Shown: positions 9,956-19,257 of the stretch, in pieces
Layout of the letters: every line of letters starts with the position of its first letter
How positions within the stretch are numbered: position 1 is the first letter of the stretch
From: a virus
Direction: 5' to 3' (one strand)
IMG/VR virus record: IMGVR_UViG_3300037963_003542
Length of the DNA stretch: 64,000 bases
Position numbers and translations under genes: made by a program
Notes under the pieces: generated by a model
The model's database searches: none
What the model saw: the letters and a program-made list of their open reading frames with translations, nothing else
Told to the model about the DNA's origin: nothing

Positions 9956-11199
9956 GAGTAGCAATTATAGGAAAAGGAATTAGTTCTATCATTCAAGCAT
10001 GTACTATTCTTGATTATAGGAGAAGGAGTAATGACGTAGAAGTCTCTATTTTTTACGATCCTAACATACCTCCAATTTCAGTTGGAGAATCTAGTACAAA
10101 TCATTTTATCAACTTATTAAATGATACTCTTGGTATAACCCTAGAAGAATTATTTGAACAGGATATTGCAACCAAGAAACGAGGAGTAGTATTTTTAAAT
10201 TGGGGCGAAGGAATCCCATTCATACATGGTTTCGGTGATGGCAATAAGTATCCCATTAATGGAGACTCTGGTTTATATGCTTTTCAATTTGATACAGTAG
10301 TATTAAATGAATATGTTACCCAAAAATTAAAAGATAAGGGAGTCAAATATATTCCAGAAAAAGTAGAGACTCAGACAGAGAAAGAAAACTGTATCGAACT
10401 TAATGGAAGAGAATTCGATTTTGTGATCAACTGCACTGGATGGAATTTTGATAAATCATTGAATGAAACTCCTAGATTCCATTCAGTAAATGCTGGATAT
10501 TTATATTCAGATGAAAGTTTCAACCTCACTGATGATATTGTTGCAACTGATCTCACCGTACATAATGCAACTGAAGATGGATGGGAATTCAACCTACCAT
10601 TCCCATGTAAGGGTGTTATGAAAAAAGGTTACTTATTCAATACTGATTATATCAGTCCAGAAGAAGTTACTGAAAAAATGAAATCTCGCGGCAAAGAAGG
10701 TAAAGTAATTACATGGCGTCCTAAAAGATCTAAACGTTTAATCGAATCTAAATTTACTTCTGCCAATGGTAATAGATTATTTTTTGTAGAACCTTTGCAG
10801 GCATACTCTGTGGTTATGTACATTACTTTTGGATACATGACTGCTCATTATATTTTCTCAGATAAATCTGAGGAGACTCGAAATAAGTTCAATCTAGATT
10901 ATAGAGCACATATGATATCATATGAGCAAGAGTTAGCTTGGCATTATCAGTATGGATCTATCTTCAAAGATAGTAAGTTCTGGCAGGATAAAACTAGAGA
11001 AGCAAAAGAAACATGCTATTTCCATCCAACTGCACGCATCGAAGATTTAGATTATCTTGTAGATACCAAAGCTGTGGCATCTAGAAGAAGTATGGTTAAA
11101 ATTTTCATGCATAGTTTCAATGATTTGATCTATGTTCATAAGTGGATGAGAAACCTATGGGAGGAAAAAGATCGTCCTAAATTTACTTGGATGAAGTAA
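9952..11199 (+). CDS. Flavin-dependent (tryptophan) halogenase family protein
   Basis: N-terminal Rossmann IIGKGISS, VGESS, ATKKRGVVFLNW (catalytic-Lys region), GWEFNLP and FVEPLQA motifs. Confidence 0.8.
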   Translation: MRVAIIGKGISSIIQACTILDYRRRSNDVEVSIFYDPNIPPISVGESSTNHFINLLNDTLGITLEELFEQDIATKKRGVVFLNWGEGIPFIHGFGDGNKYPINGDSGLYAFQFDTVVLNEYVTQKLKDKGVKYIPEKVETQTEKENCIELNGREFDFVINCTGWNFDKSLNETPRFHSVNAGYLYSDESFNLTDDIVATDLTVHNATEDGWEFNLPFPCKGVMKKGYLFNTDYISPEEVTEKMKSRGKEGKVITWRPKRSKRLIESKFTSANGNRLFFVEPLQAYSVVMYITFGYMTAHYIFSDKSEETRNKFNLDYRAHMISYEQELAWHYQYGSIFKDSKFWQDKTREAKETCYFHPTARIEDLDYLVDTKAVASRRSMVKIFMHSFNDLIYVHKWMRNLWEEKDRPKFTWMK

Positions 11200-11203
11200 A
11201 GTA

Positions 11204-11210
11204 ATAAATA
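11204..11210 (+). promoter_or_regulatory. T4-type late promoter (ATAAATA) for gp13
   Basis: Late consensus core about 30 nt upstream of the gp13 start, overlapping a terminator hairpin. Confidence 0.7.
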
Positions 11211-11237
11211 CCTCTAGGAAACTAGGGGTATTTTTTT
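11208..11237 (+). terminator. Intrinsic terminator of halogenase operon
   Basis: ATACCTCTAG-GAAA-CTAGGGGTAT stem followed by a T-tract. Confidence 0.8.
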
Positions 11238-11241
11238 ATTC

Positions 11242-12036
11242 ATGGCACGACCCTCAACACGCCAGGAACTAATTGATTACTGCTTAAGGAAATTAGGTTT
11301 TCCCGTCCTAGAGATTAACGTAGATGATGATCAGATTGAGGATCTTGTGGATGATGCTATTCAATTCTTCCAAGAGCGTCATTTTGATGGAAGCATCAAA
11401 ACATTTTTAAAATTAGAAGTTACCGAGCAGATGATTACTGACGCGAAAGCGAACAGTACAATTTCTGGTACGGATTTCAAGGAGCAGAACAATTATGTCA
11501 CTGTTCCTGAGCATGTTCTCGGAATAACTCAGGTATATGCTTATGACAATAGTTCATCAGCAGTATCAGGAAACATCTTCAGTATGAAGTATCAGTTGTT
11601 CCTGAACGATTTCTATAACTTCGGTTCAATGGAAATCCTGAACTATTATATGGTAAAGCAATATCTTGAGACTCTTGATTTTGTTATTGGTAACTTTAAA
11701 CCAGTAAGATTTAATAAGAGAGAAAATAGATTATACATTGATACTGACTGGGATAATATTACACCTGGACAGCATTTAATTTTAGACTGTTACAGGATGA
11801 TTGATCCTGCTAACTCATCGGAAGTTTATAATGACAAATGGTTAAAGAGATATCTCACCGCTCTGATTAAGCGTCAGTGGGGACAGAACTTGATTAAGTT
11901 TAAGAATGTAGCACTTCCTGGTGGAACAACTCTGAATGGCAGAGAGTTCTATGAGGATGCTCAACGTGAGATTCAAATGATCATGGATGACTTCAAGTTA
12001 GAATACGAGTTACCACCACTAGACATGATCGGATAA
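11242..12036 (+). CDS. gp13: Neck protein gp13
   Basis: LGFPVLEINVDDDQIEDLVDDA...KRQWGQNLIKF...LPGGTTLNG, and position in the T4 neck block. Confidence 0.92.
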   Translation: MARPSTRQELIDYCLRKLGFPVLEINVDDDQIEDLVDDAIQFFQERHFDGSIKTFLKLEVTEQMITDAKANSTISGTDFKEQNNYVTVPEHVLGITQVYAYDNSSSAVSGNIFSMKYQLFLNDFYNFGSMEILNYYMVKQYLETLDFVIGNFKPVRFNKRENRLYIDTDWDNITPGQHLILDCYRMIDPANSSEVYNDKWLKRYLTALIKRQWGQNLIKFKNVALPGGTTLNGREFYEDAQREIQMIMDDFKLEYELPPLDMIG

Positions 12037-12037
12037 G

Positions 12038-13186
12038 ATGAAGAATTTATACTTCACACAAGGAACAAAAGGTGAGCAAGGATTAGTCCAGGATCTTGTA
12101 GACGAACAGATCAAAATGTATGGTCTGGAATGCTACTACATTCCTCGTCAAATCCATGAGGATAAATTGTGGAATGACATCTACTACTCACAGTTTAAGG
12201 ATAGTTATCTCATTGAGATGTATCTTGAAAACTTTGAGCAGTTTGGTGGCAATGGAGACATGCTGTCTAAATTTGGTCTCCGTGTAACTGATGAGATTCA
12301 ACTCACAGTATCAAGAAGGAGATGGAAAGATTTTGTCGATGTTCAGACTAATAAAATTGTTAGTGGAAGACCCAATGATGGCGACCTCATTTGGTTCCCA
12401 TTAAATGAAACTGTATTTGAGATCAAGTATGTAGAGAACCAAAAACCTTTCTATCAATTAGGAAGTCTATATACATATACCATGACATGTGAAGTCTTTG
12501 AGTATGGAGACAGTATCTTTGATACTGGTATTCCTGCTGTCGATAACACTGAAATGGAATCTGGAGTATATCCAATTATACTCAATACTGGTGGTTCTGG
12601 TTACTTCAAGCAGGACGAAAAAATCACTGGTACGAGATTCACTGCTACAGCAACAACACCTGTTGCTGATAATAACGGTGTTCTTGGTGCTATTACTATT
12701 ACCAATGGTGGTGGCAGATATGAAACTGCTCCAAATGCATTCTGGTATTCACCCACTGGAGCATTTATCGGAACCTCTACTACAGTGATTACCGATGGAG
12801 TAGTGTCTACAGTCAATTCTCCAACAACTCCATACATTTATGGAGATGTTACATATGACTCTCAAGGCAACATTGATACGATTACTCCATGGGCACCTAC
12901 AATTAACATTGAGAGTTCTCCTGGTGACGTTGTAGGCAAGGTTGCCGAATGGGATGAAAACACCAGAACTCTGAGTGTTGCATATGCCAATGGTACTTTT
13001 GAATTGAATGAAGAGATTGTCGGTGCAGACTCTAATGCTAGATGGTCTGTCGGATCTTTCGACACACTTGATATGACAGATTCGTTCTCGGAGAATAGAC
13101 AACTTGAAGATGAAGCGGATGATATTCTCGACTTCACTGAAAAGAATCCATTCGGAGAATTTGGTAATTTTACAGGTAGCTTTTAA
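12038..13186 (+). CDS. gp14: Neck protein gp14
   Basis: EQxLVQDLVDEQIKMYG...LSKFGL...PNDGDLIWFPL...FEIKYVE...KNPFG. Confidence 0.92.
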   Translation: MKNLYFTQGTKGEQGLVQDLVDEQIKMYGLECYYIPRQIHEDKLWNDIYYSQFKDSYLIEMYLENFEQFGGNGDMLSKFGLRVTDEIQLTVSRRRWKDFVDVQTNKIVSGRPNDGDLIWFPLNETVFEIKYVENQKPFYQLGSLYTYTMTCEVFEYGDSIFDTGIPAVDNTEMESGVYPIILNTGGSGYFKQDEKITGTRFTATATTPVADNNGVLGAITITNGGGRYETAPNAFWYSPTGAFIGTSTTVITDGVVSTVNSPTTPYIYGDVTYDSQGNIDTITPWAPTINIESSPGDVVGKVAEWDENTRTLSVAYANGTFELNEEIVGADSNARWSVGSFDTLDMTDSFSENRQLEDEADDILDFTEKNPFGEFGNFTGSF

Positions 13187-13992
13187 TGTTAGGAAATTAT
13201 TTTTATCACAAAATTATTAGAAAGACTGTTACCACATTTGGTACACTTTTTAATAACATTCAACTAAAAACTTTGGATGCTAATGGCGGAAATGTTATGG
13301 AGCAGAAAGTTCCATTGGCATATGGTCCTATCCAAAAGTTTTTAGCAAGACTCAATCAATCACCCGATCTTGATAAGAAGGTGACAATTACTGTTCCTAG
13401 ATTGTCATTTGAGATGACATCTATTCAGTATGACTCAGGCAGGAAAGTTCCTCCTATTAATAGGAATAGAGCAACAGGAGATGGTCAGACCACAACTACT
13501 AAAACTCAATATCTTCCTGTACCATATAATATTGGGTTTGAATTAAATGTGATTGCGAAATCTCAGGACGATGCGTTGCAAATTCTTGAGCAAATTCTTC
13601 CATTCTTTCAACCACAGTTTAGTATGACTGTGGATCTTATTCCTGAAATGAATGAGAAACGTGATATTCCTATCATCTTAGAGAGCATTGATTTTACTGA
13701 TGATTATGAAGGAGACTATTCTACCAGAAGATACATTTATTATACACTGAGATTTTCAGTTAAGACTTACATGTATGGTCCTGTTGCTGCTAACGACATC
13801 ATCAGGAAGTCTATCCTTGATACTAACATTGGTGATAGAAATACTAATGCTAGGGTTATGGAATATAATGTTCAACCCAAAGCATTGGAGGACAAGAACA
13901 ACGATGGCACTATCAATGCTGCTGACGATGCTCTGCTACAACCAGATGATGACTTCGGATTCAATGAGGGTATAACGTATCATGGACAATAA
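13186..13992 (+). CDS. gp15: Tail sheath stabiliser/completion protein gp15
   Basis: YFYHKIIRK...FGTLFN...VPLAYGP.QKFL...QILEQILPFFQP. Confidence 0.92.
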   Translation: MLGNYFYHKIIRKTVTTFGTLFNNIQLKTLDANGGNVMEQKVPLAYGPIQKFLARLNQSPDLDKKVTITVPRLSFEMTSIQYDSGRKVPPINRNRATGDGQTTTTKTQYLPVPYNIGFELNVIAKSQDDALQILEQILPFFQPQFSMTVDLIPEMNEKRDIPIILESIDFTDDYEGDYSTRRYIYYTLRFSVKTYMYGPVAANDIIRKSILDTNIGDRNTNARVMEYNVQPKALEDKNNDGTINAADDALLQPDDDFGFNEGITYHGQ

Positions 13993-14398
13993 ATTTCAGA
14001 AGAACATGGAGGATGTTTTTGACATCACTCCTATGGATGAAGTAGAACAACCCAAACCTGAGAAGGTGGAAGTTGATGCTGCTGATGTAGAGACTGACTA
14101 TAAGTATGCTCGTGGAGAGTTGTATGAACTCATTCAGAAGGGTCAGGTTGCCATTGAGGAGTTGCTGGACGTTGCTAGGAGCAGTAACCACCCAAGAGCA
14201 TATGAAGTCGCCTTTCAGGGCATTAAGAACGTCGCTGACATCACTGATAAGTTAGCAGACCTTCAGAAGAAAATGAAAGATTTGGGTCAAGAAGAAAAAA
14301 AAGGACCATCTACTGTAAACAATACTATGTTTGTAGGTTCTACTGCTGATCTTGCTAAGATGCTTAAGCAAGCAAAAAACAATATGGAAGATAAATAA
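13982..14398 (+). CDS. gp16: Terminase small subunit gp16
   Basis: DYKYARGELYELI...HPRAYEVA...NNTMFVGSTADL. Confidence 0.9.
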   Translation: MDNKFQKNMEDVFDITPMDEVEQPKPEKVEVDAADVETDYKYARGELYELIQKGQVAIEELLDVARSSNHPRAYEVAFQGIKNVADITDKLADLQKKMKDLGQEEKKGPSTVNNTMFVGSTADLAKMLKQAKNNMEDK

Positions 14399-14413
14399 CT
14401 AAAAAGTATACCA

Positions 14414-14674
14414 ATGATTATCAAACCTCTCTCTGTCGCAGAAGATATTCAGGCAGCTGCATTAGCTGATGCTACTGCTTTAGCAGGAACACTTCTTTGG
14501 GTAGTAAATACAAACGCCGCGGCTGCCAAAGTTACTGTTGCTAATGCCTCAGCAGTCACAGTTTACATTCCTGCTGGTGAAGGAATGGCAATCAGAAAAG
14601 ATCCTGGTGCTGTAGTAGAAGCTAGTACTGCCAGTGGTTCTGTGTGGGCATCGGCAATTGCATACCAAAATTGA
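14414..14674 (+). CDS. Small hypothetical protein (late)
   Basis: 86-aa Ala/Val-rich ORF preceded by ATAAATA at 14391-14397. Confidence 0.7.
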   Translation: MIIKPLSVAEDIQAAALADATALAGTLLWVVNTNAAAAKVTVANASAVTVYIPAGEGMAIRKDPGAVVEASTASGSVWASAIAYQN

Positions 14675-14705
14675 ATAAATAAACTAGTAAACCCCCGTTG
14701 CTGGC

Positions 14706-15134
14706 ATGAAGTCATTTAAAGAATTTAGAGAGCTTTCAGAAGCGAAACGTGGACTTTATGCAAACATCCACGCTAAAAGAAAGCGTGGTGAATCTCCTGC
14801 TAAACCAGGAGATGAGGATTATCCTGCAAAGGATGCCTTTAAGAAAGCGGCGCGGACTGCTAAAGAAGAACTTGAACTCACACAAGAAGGAGCAGCCTGG
14901 ACAAAAAAGTCTGGTAAGTCCGCTAGCGGCGGACTTAATGCGAAGGGACGAAAATCTTACGAAAGAGAAAATCCTGGAAGCGACCTCAAAGCTCCAAGCA
15001 AGAAGGTTGGAAATCCCCGTCGCGCATCGTTTTGCGCTAGAATGAAGGGTATGAAGAAAAAGTTAACCTCTAAGAAAACTGCTAAAGACCCTGATTCTAG
15101 AATCAACAAATCACTAAGAGCCTGGAACTGCTGA
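14706..15134 (+). CDS. Basic late protein, putative internal head protein (DUF6321-like)
   Basis: Starts MKSFKEFRELSE, very Lys/Arg-rich, GGLNAKGR...RRASFCARM motif. Late promoter at 14675-14681. Confidence 0.65.
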   Translation: MKSFKEFRELSEAKRGLYANIHAKRKRGESPAKPGDEDYPAKDAFKKAARTAKEELELTQEGAAWTKKSGKSASGGLNAKGRKSYERENPGSDLKAPSKKVGNPRRASFCARMKGMKKKLTSKKTAKDPDSRINKSLRAWNC

Positions 15135-15137
15135 TAA

Positions 15138-16802
15138 ATGCCTGATAAAATTTACAAAGGTTCGCCCAATCTAAAAGCGGCGAATGTGGAAATGAGTTTC
15201 ACACCTGAGCAAGTTCAGGAGTGGATTAAATGTGCTGATGATCCAGTCTACTTTACTAGAAATTATATCAAGATTGTTTCTCTGGACGAAGGTCTTGTTC
15301 CATTTAAAATGTGGGACTTTCAGGAGGACATGATTAACAGGTTCCATGCGAACCGATTTAACATTGCTAAACTGCCACGACAGACAGGTAAGTCCACTAC
15401 GGTGGTATCTTACCTGTTACATTATGCTATCTTTAATGATAACGTAAACATTGGTATTCTAGCAAACAAACTTACTACATCCAGAGAACTCTTAGGCAGG
15501 TTACAACTTGCCTATGAAAATCTTCCTAAGTGGATGCAGCAAGGTATTGTGTCATGGAATAAAGGATCTCTAGAACTTGAGAATGGATCTAAGATCATGG
15601 CAGCATCTACCTCCAGTTCTGCTGTTCGAGGTATGTCATTCAACATCATTTTCTTGGACGAATTTGCATTCGTTCCAACTCATATTGCAGAACAGTTTTT
15701 CTCCTCTGTATATCCTACCATCTCCTCTGGTAAATCCACAAAGGTTATTATTATCTCAACGCCTAACGGCATGAATATGTTCTACAAGCTCTGGCATGAT
15801 GCAGAGCGTGGTAAGAACGAATATAAAACTACTGAAGTTCATTGGTCACAGGTTCCTGGAAGGGATGCTAAGTGGAAAGAACAAACTATTGCGAACACCT
15901 CACAGAGACAGTTCACACAGGAATTTGAGTGTGAGTTCTTGGGATCTGTAGATACGTTAATTGCTGCGAGTAAATTGCGTACTATGGTGTATGATGACCC
16001 TATTACCAATAATAACAAAGGTCTCGTAGTATATGAAAATCCCCAAAAAGAACATGATTATATTATTACTGTTGACGTTGCCCGTGGTGTGGGCAGTGAT
16101 TATAGTGCGTTTCTGGTTTTTGACATTACAAAGTTCCCTTACAGGCTTGTAGCACGATACAGGAACAATGAGATCAAAGCGATCATGTTCCCTACAATTA
16201 TTACTGATATTGCAAAAGGATATAATAGAGCATATGTTCTAACCGAAGTTAATGATATTGGAGATCAGGTAGCATCCATGATGCACTTTGATCTAGAGTA
16301 TGATCATATTCTTATGTGTGCCATGAGAGGGCGTGCTGGGCAGATCGTCGGCACAGGATTCTCTGGAAAGAAAACACAACTCGGTGTCAAGATGTCTAAG
16401 ACCGTAAAGAAGGTTGGATGTTTAAACTTAAAAACTTTTATTGAGGATGACAAATTGGTCATCCCAGACTATGAGACTATCGCAGAACTTACGACGTTCA
16501 TCTCCAAACGTGATTCGTTTGAGGCAGAGGAAGGATGTCATGATGACCTTGCGATGTGTCTCGTAATCTTCTGCTGGTTGGCAGTACAAGATTACTTTAA
16601 AGAAATGACGGATAATGATGTCCGTCAAAGAATCTACGACGAGCAGAAGAATCAAATTGAACAGGACATGGCACCATTTGGTTTCATCTCCGATGGTCTA
16701 GAAGATCAAGAAAGTTTTGTAGATGAGTCTGGAGATCGTTGGTTCTTGGATGAATATGGTGATGTAGCTTCAGAGTTCACTTACATGGGGTCTTATCTAT
16801 AA
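15138..16802 (+). CDS. gp17: Terminase large subunit gp17
   Basis: Walker A PRQTGKS, Walker B IIFLDEFAF, nuclease DVARG and HDDLAM motifs. Confidence 0.97.
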   Translation: MPDKIYKGSPNLKAANVEMSFTPEQVQEWIKCADDPVYFTRNYIKIVSLDEGLVPFKMWDFQEDMINRFHANRFNIAKLPRQTGKSTTVVSYLLHYAIFNDNVNIGILANKLTTSRELLGRLQLAYENLPKWMQQGIVSWNKGSLELENGSKIMAASTSSSAVRGMSFNIIFLDEFAFVPTHIAEQFFSSVYPTISSGKSTKVIIISTPNGMNMFYKLWHDAERGKNEYKTTEVHWSQVPGRDAKWKEQTIANTSQRQFTQEFECEFLGSVDTLIAASKLRTMVYDDPITNNNKGLVVYENPQKEHDYIITVDVARGVGSDYSAFLVFDITKFPYRLVARYRNNEIKAIMFPTIITDIAKGYNRAYVLTEVNDIGDQVASMMHFDLEYDHILMCAMRGRAGQIVGTGFSGKKTQLGVKMSKTVKKVGCLNLKTFIEDDKLVIPDYETIAELTTFISKRDSFEAEEGCHDDLAMCLVIFCWLAVQDYFKEMTDNDVRQRIYDEQKNQIEQDMAPFGFISDGLEDQESFVDESGDRWFLDEYGDVASEFTYMGSYL

Positions 16803-16987
16803 TGTCTTCTAAAGAAGGTCACATATCTATTGAATTAGATATTAACGGTGTGAGAGTAATTCACACTGGTCTTAAACAAGCATGTGAAAAATGGGCAGGT
16901 GGTGATGCTCATGAACAAGCAGATTTATTAGCAATGAGAGATAATTTCTATCGTCTCATTTTGGAACATCAAGTAAATGGATTTTGA
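16802..16987 (+). CDS. Small hypothetical protein, paralog of 35775..35972
   Basis: 61 aa, translationally coupled to gp17. Shares ELDI...W...DxFYRxILE with 35775. Confidence 0.65.
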   Translation: MSSKEGHISIELDINGVRVIHTGLKQACEKWAGGDAHEQADLLAMRDNFYRLILEHQVNGF

Positions 16988-17201
16988 ACAGGAATTTGAA
17001 TTAGAGCATTTACTCTTTAAACAGAGACGCTGCAGATCTTGTGGTGTCGTAAAAGATCTAGTGACAGATTTTTATAGAACTAGAAAGGGTAGAGCAACAC
17101 CATCAGCTTATGCGTATGAGTGCAAAGAATGTACCGTAGATAGAGTTACGAAAAATAGAAAACGCAGTGACAGTCATAGTTGGTCATATCCAGACTGGTA
17201 G
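16977..17201 (+). CDS. Small zinc-ribbon protein
   Basis: CRSC...DFY...CKEC, two CxxC pairs in 74 aa. Confidence 0.7.
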   Translation: MDFEQEFELEHLLFKQRRCRSCGVVKDLVTDFYRTRKGRATPSAYAYECKECTVDRVTKNRKRSDSHSWSYPDW

Positions 17202-17238
17202 TTCATGCAGTGTTTCCCCTCTTAAAACATACGTTTTA

Positions 17239-17245
17239 ATAAATA
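17239..17245 (+). promoter_or_regulatory. T4-type late promoter for gp18
   Basis: ATAAATA upstream of gp18. Confidence 0.7.
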
Positions 17246-17280
17246 ATCACAGAACAAATTTCTGAACTTTAGGGGTAAAC

Positions 17281-19221
17281 ATGGCAACACAAGTATCGCC
17301 AGGGATTGTTGTTCAGGAGCGCGATTTTACTAACTCACGTCTCCAAGAATCAATCACTAACGTCGGCGCTATTGCTGGTCCTTTTCTGAAAGGAGAAGTT
17401 GGCGTAGCAAAATTAATCACCAGTGAGAAAGATCTGGTGGAAGCTTTCGGTAGACCTACCGATGATAACTATGAGTATTGGTTTACTGCTTCTGAGTTTC
17501 TTAACTATGGTGGTAACCTCCAGGTAGCAAGAATTGCTGATGCTTCTGGAACTCACCTCACCAATGCTAACTCTGGTGGAGTTACTACTACAAAAATCAA
17601 TAATCTTGCAGATTACGAAGCAAGCATTGAAGGCACTGCTCAAACTTATGACTTCGTTGCTAAGAATCCTGGAACATGGGGCAACTCACTTAAAGTTGTA
17701 ACTATCGATCATGGTGCTGATCAGATTCTCACACTTGCTAACGGAGTTGCATTTACTAAAGGTGATGCAGTTACTGATGGAACTGCTACTGGAGTTGCAT
17801 ACGAAACTAACGCTGGTGACACTACAAAGGTTGCTGTTGTTCTTGATGCTGGTTCCGCTAAGTTTGCTGTTAATGGTACAGTAAGCACAGAGAATGTAGA
17901 TGCAGTTGCTGATTGGTATGATCAACAGTATGCTGTTCCTGGATCAATTAAGTGGAGCGCACTTGCACCTCGTCCTGGTACTTCACCTTATGCTGCTGCT
18001 AGAGGCGGTGCGAACGATGAGATTCACGTTGCAGTTATTGATGCAACTGGCGGAGTCAGTGGAACATCAAATACTGTTCTTGAGAAGATGCTTTATCTCT
18101 CAAAAGCTCCTGGTGCTAAGACCACTGAAGGTGAGGCAAACCACTACAAGCAGGTAATCAAAGGTCGCTCTAAGTATATCTATCTTGCAGCATACGAAGA
18201 TTCTACCGATGTATTTACTTACACCGATTCCGTAGCAATCACATCCTCTGCTACTGCTGCTTCTAAGTTCCATCTCTATGGTCCTTTCGTCTATACCCTT
18301 TCTGCTGGTACTGACTATAACAACTATAACGTTGGTAATGAGACTCAGACTTACAACGATGCGTTCGCTGACACTGAGACCATTCAAATTGACTATGTTC
18401 TTTGCGGTCCCACAACTCTTGCTAAGGCAAACTCACTGATCAACCTTGCTAATACTAGAAAGGATTGTATCACATTTGTATCTCCTCAGAGATCTGATGT
18501 TCTCGGAAGTTCTGCTTCCACTGGAGCTGCTCAGACAGACAACGTGGTTGATTTCTTTGAAGCAATCAGCGATAGTTCTTCTTACGCTGCATTTGATAAC
18601 AACTATAAGTACATCTACGATAGATTCAACGATACTTATCGTTATATTCCATGTAATGCTGACATGGCTGGTCTTTGTGTTAACACAACTGCCATCTCTG
18701 AAGCATGGTTCTCCCCTGCTGGTTTCAACAGAGGTAACCTGAGAAACGCTGTTAAGGTTGCTTATAATCCAACTAAAGCACAGCGTGACGAACTCTATAG
18801 CAAGCGTGTCAATCCAATCGTTTCATTCCCTGGTCAGGGCATCGTTCTGTTTGGTGACAAGACTGCTCTCCGTAGTCCTTCCGCTTTCGACAGAATCAAC
18901 GTTCGTCGTCTGTTCCTCATCCTTGAGAGAACTCTTAAGAATTTCTCCAAAGGAGTTCTGTTTGAGTTAAACGATGAGACTACTCGCTTGAACTTCACCA
19001 CGCAGGTTAATAACTACATGCGTGACATCCAGGCAAGAAGAGGTATGACTGATTTCCTCGTAGTCGCAGATGAGTCAAATAACACAGCTGATGTTATTGA
19101 TCGTAATGAATTTGTTGCTGATATCTATATCAAGCCTTCTCGCTCCATTAACTTCATCACCCTGACATTCGTTGCTACTCGCACTGGTGTCAGCTTCAAT
19201 GAAGTTATCGGCAGAGTTTGA
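17281..19221 (+). CDS. gp18: Tail sheath protein gp18
   Basis: SPGIVVQERD...WFSPAGFNRG...GDKT...FDRINVRRLF...IKPSRSINFITLTFVATRTGVSF. Confidence 0.97.
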   Translation: MATQVSPGIVVQERDFTNSRLQESITNVGAIAGPFLKGEVGVAKLITSEKDLVEAFGRPTDDNYEYWFTASEFLNYGGNLQVARIADASGTHLTNANSGGVTTTKINNLADYEASIEGTAQTYDFVAKNPGTWGNSLKVVTIDHGADQILTLANGVAFTKGDAVTDGTATGVAYETNAGDTTKVAVVLDAGSAKFAVNGTVSTENVDAVADWYDQQYAVPGSIKWSALAPRPGTSPYAAARGGANDEIHVAVIDATGGVSGTSNTVLEKMLYLSKAPGAKTTEGEANHYKQVIKGRSKYIYLAAYEDSTDVFTYTDSVAITSSATAASKFHLYGPFVYTLSAGTDYNNYNVGNETQTYNDAFADTETIQIDYVLCGPTTLAKANSLINLANTRKDCITFVSPQRSDVLGSSASTGAAQTDNVVDFFEAISDSSSYAAFDNNYKYIYDRFNDTYRYIPCNADMAGLCVNTTAISEAWFSPAGFNRGNLRNAVKVAYNPTKAQRDELYSKRVNPIVSFPGQGIVLFGDKTALRSPSAFDRINVRRLFLILERTLKNFSKGVLFELNDETTRLNFTTQVNNYMRDIQARRGMTDFLVVADESNNTADVIDRNEFVADIYIKPSRSINFITLTFVATRTGVSFNEVIGRV

Positions 19222-19257
19222 TTAGAAAATAAATACACTTAAGGAGATAATCAAACA

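Noticed and set aside
13880-13960. EF-hand/dockerin-like DKNNDGTINAAD at the gp15 C-terminus
   Set aside because: It is a single short loop in an otherwise standard gp15, probably a common Ca-binding tail in this group. Not distinctive enough to call.
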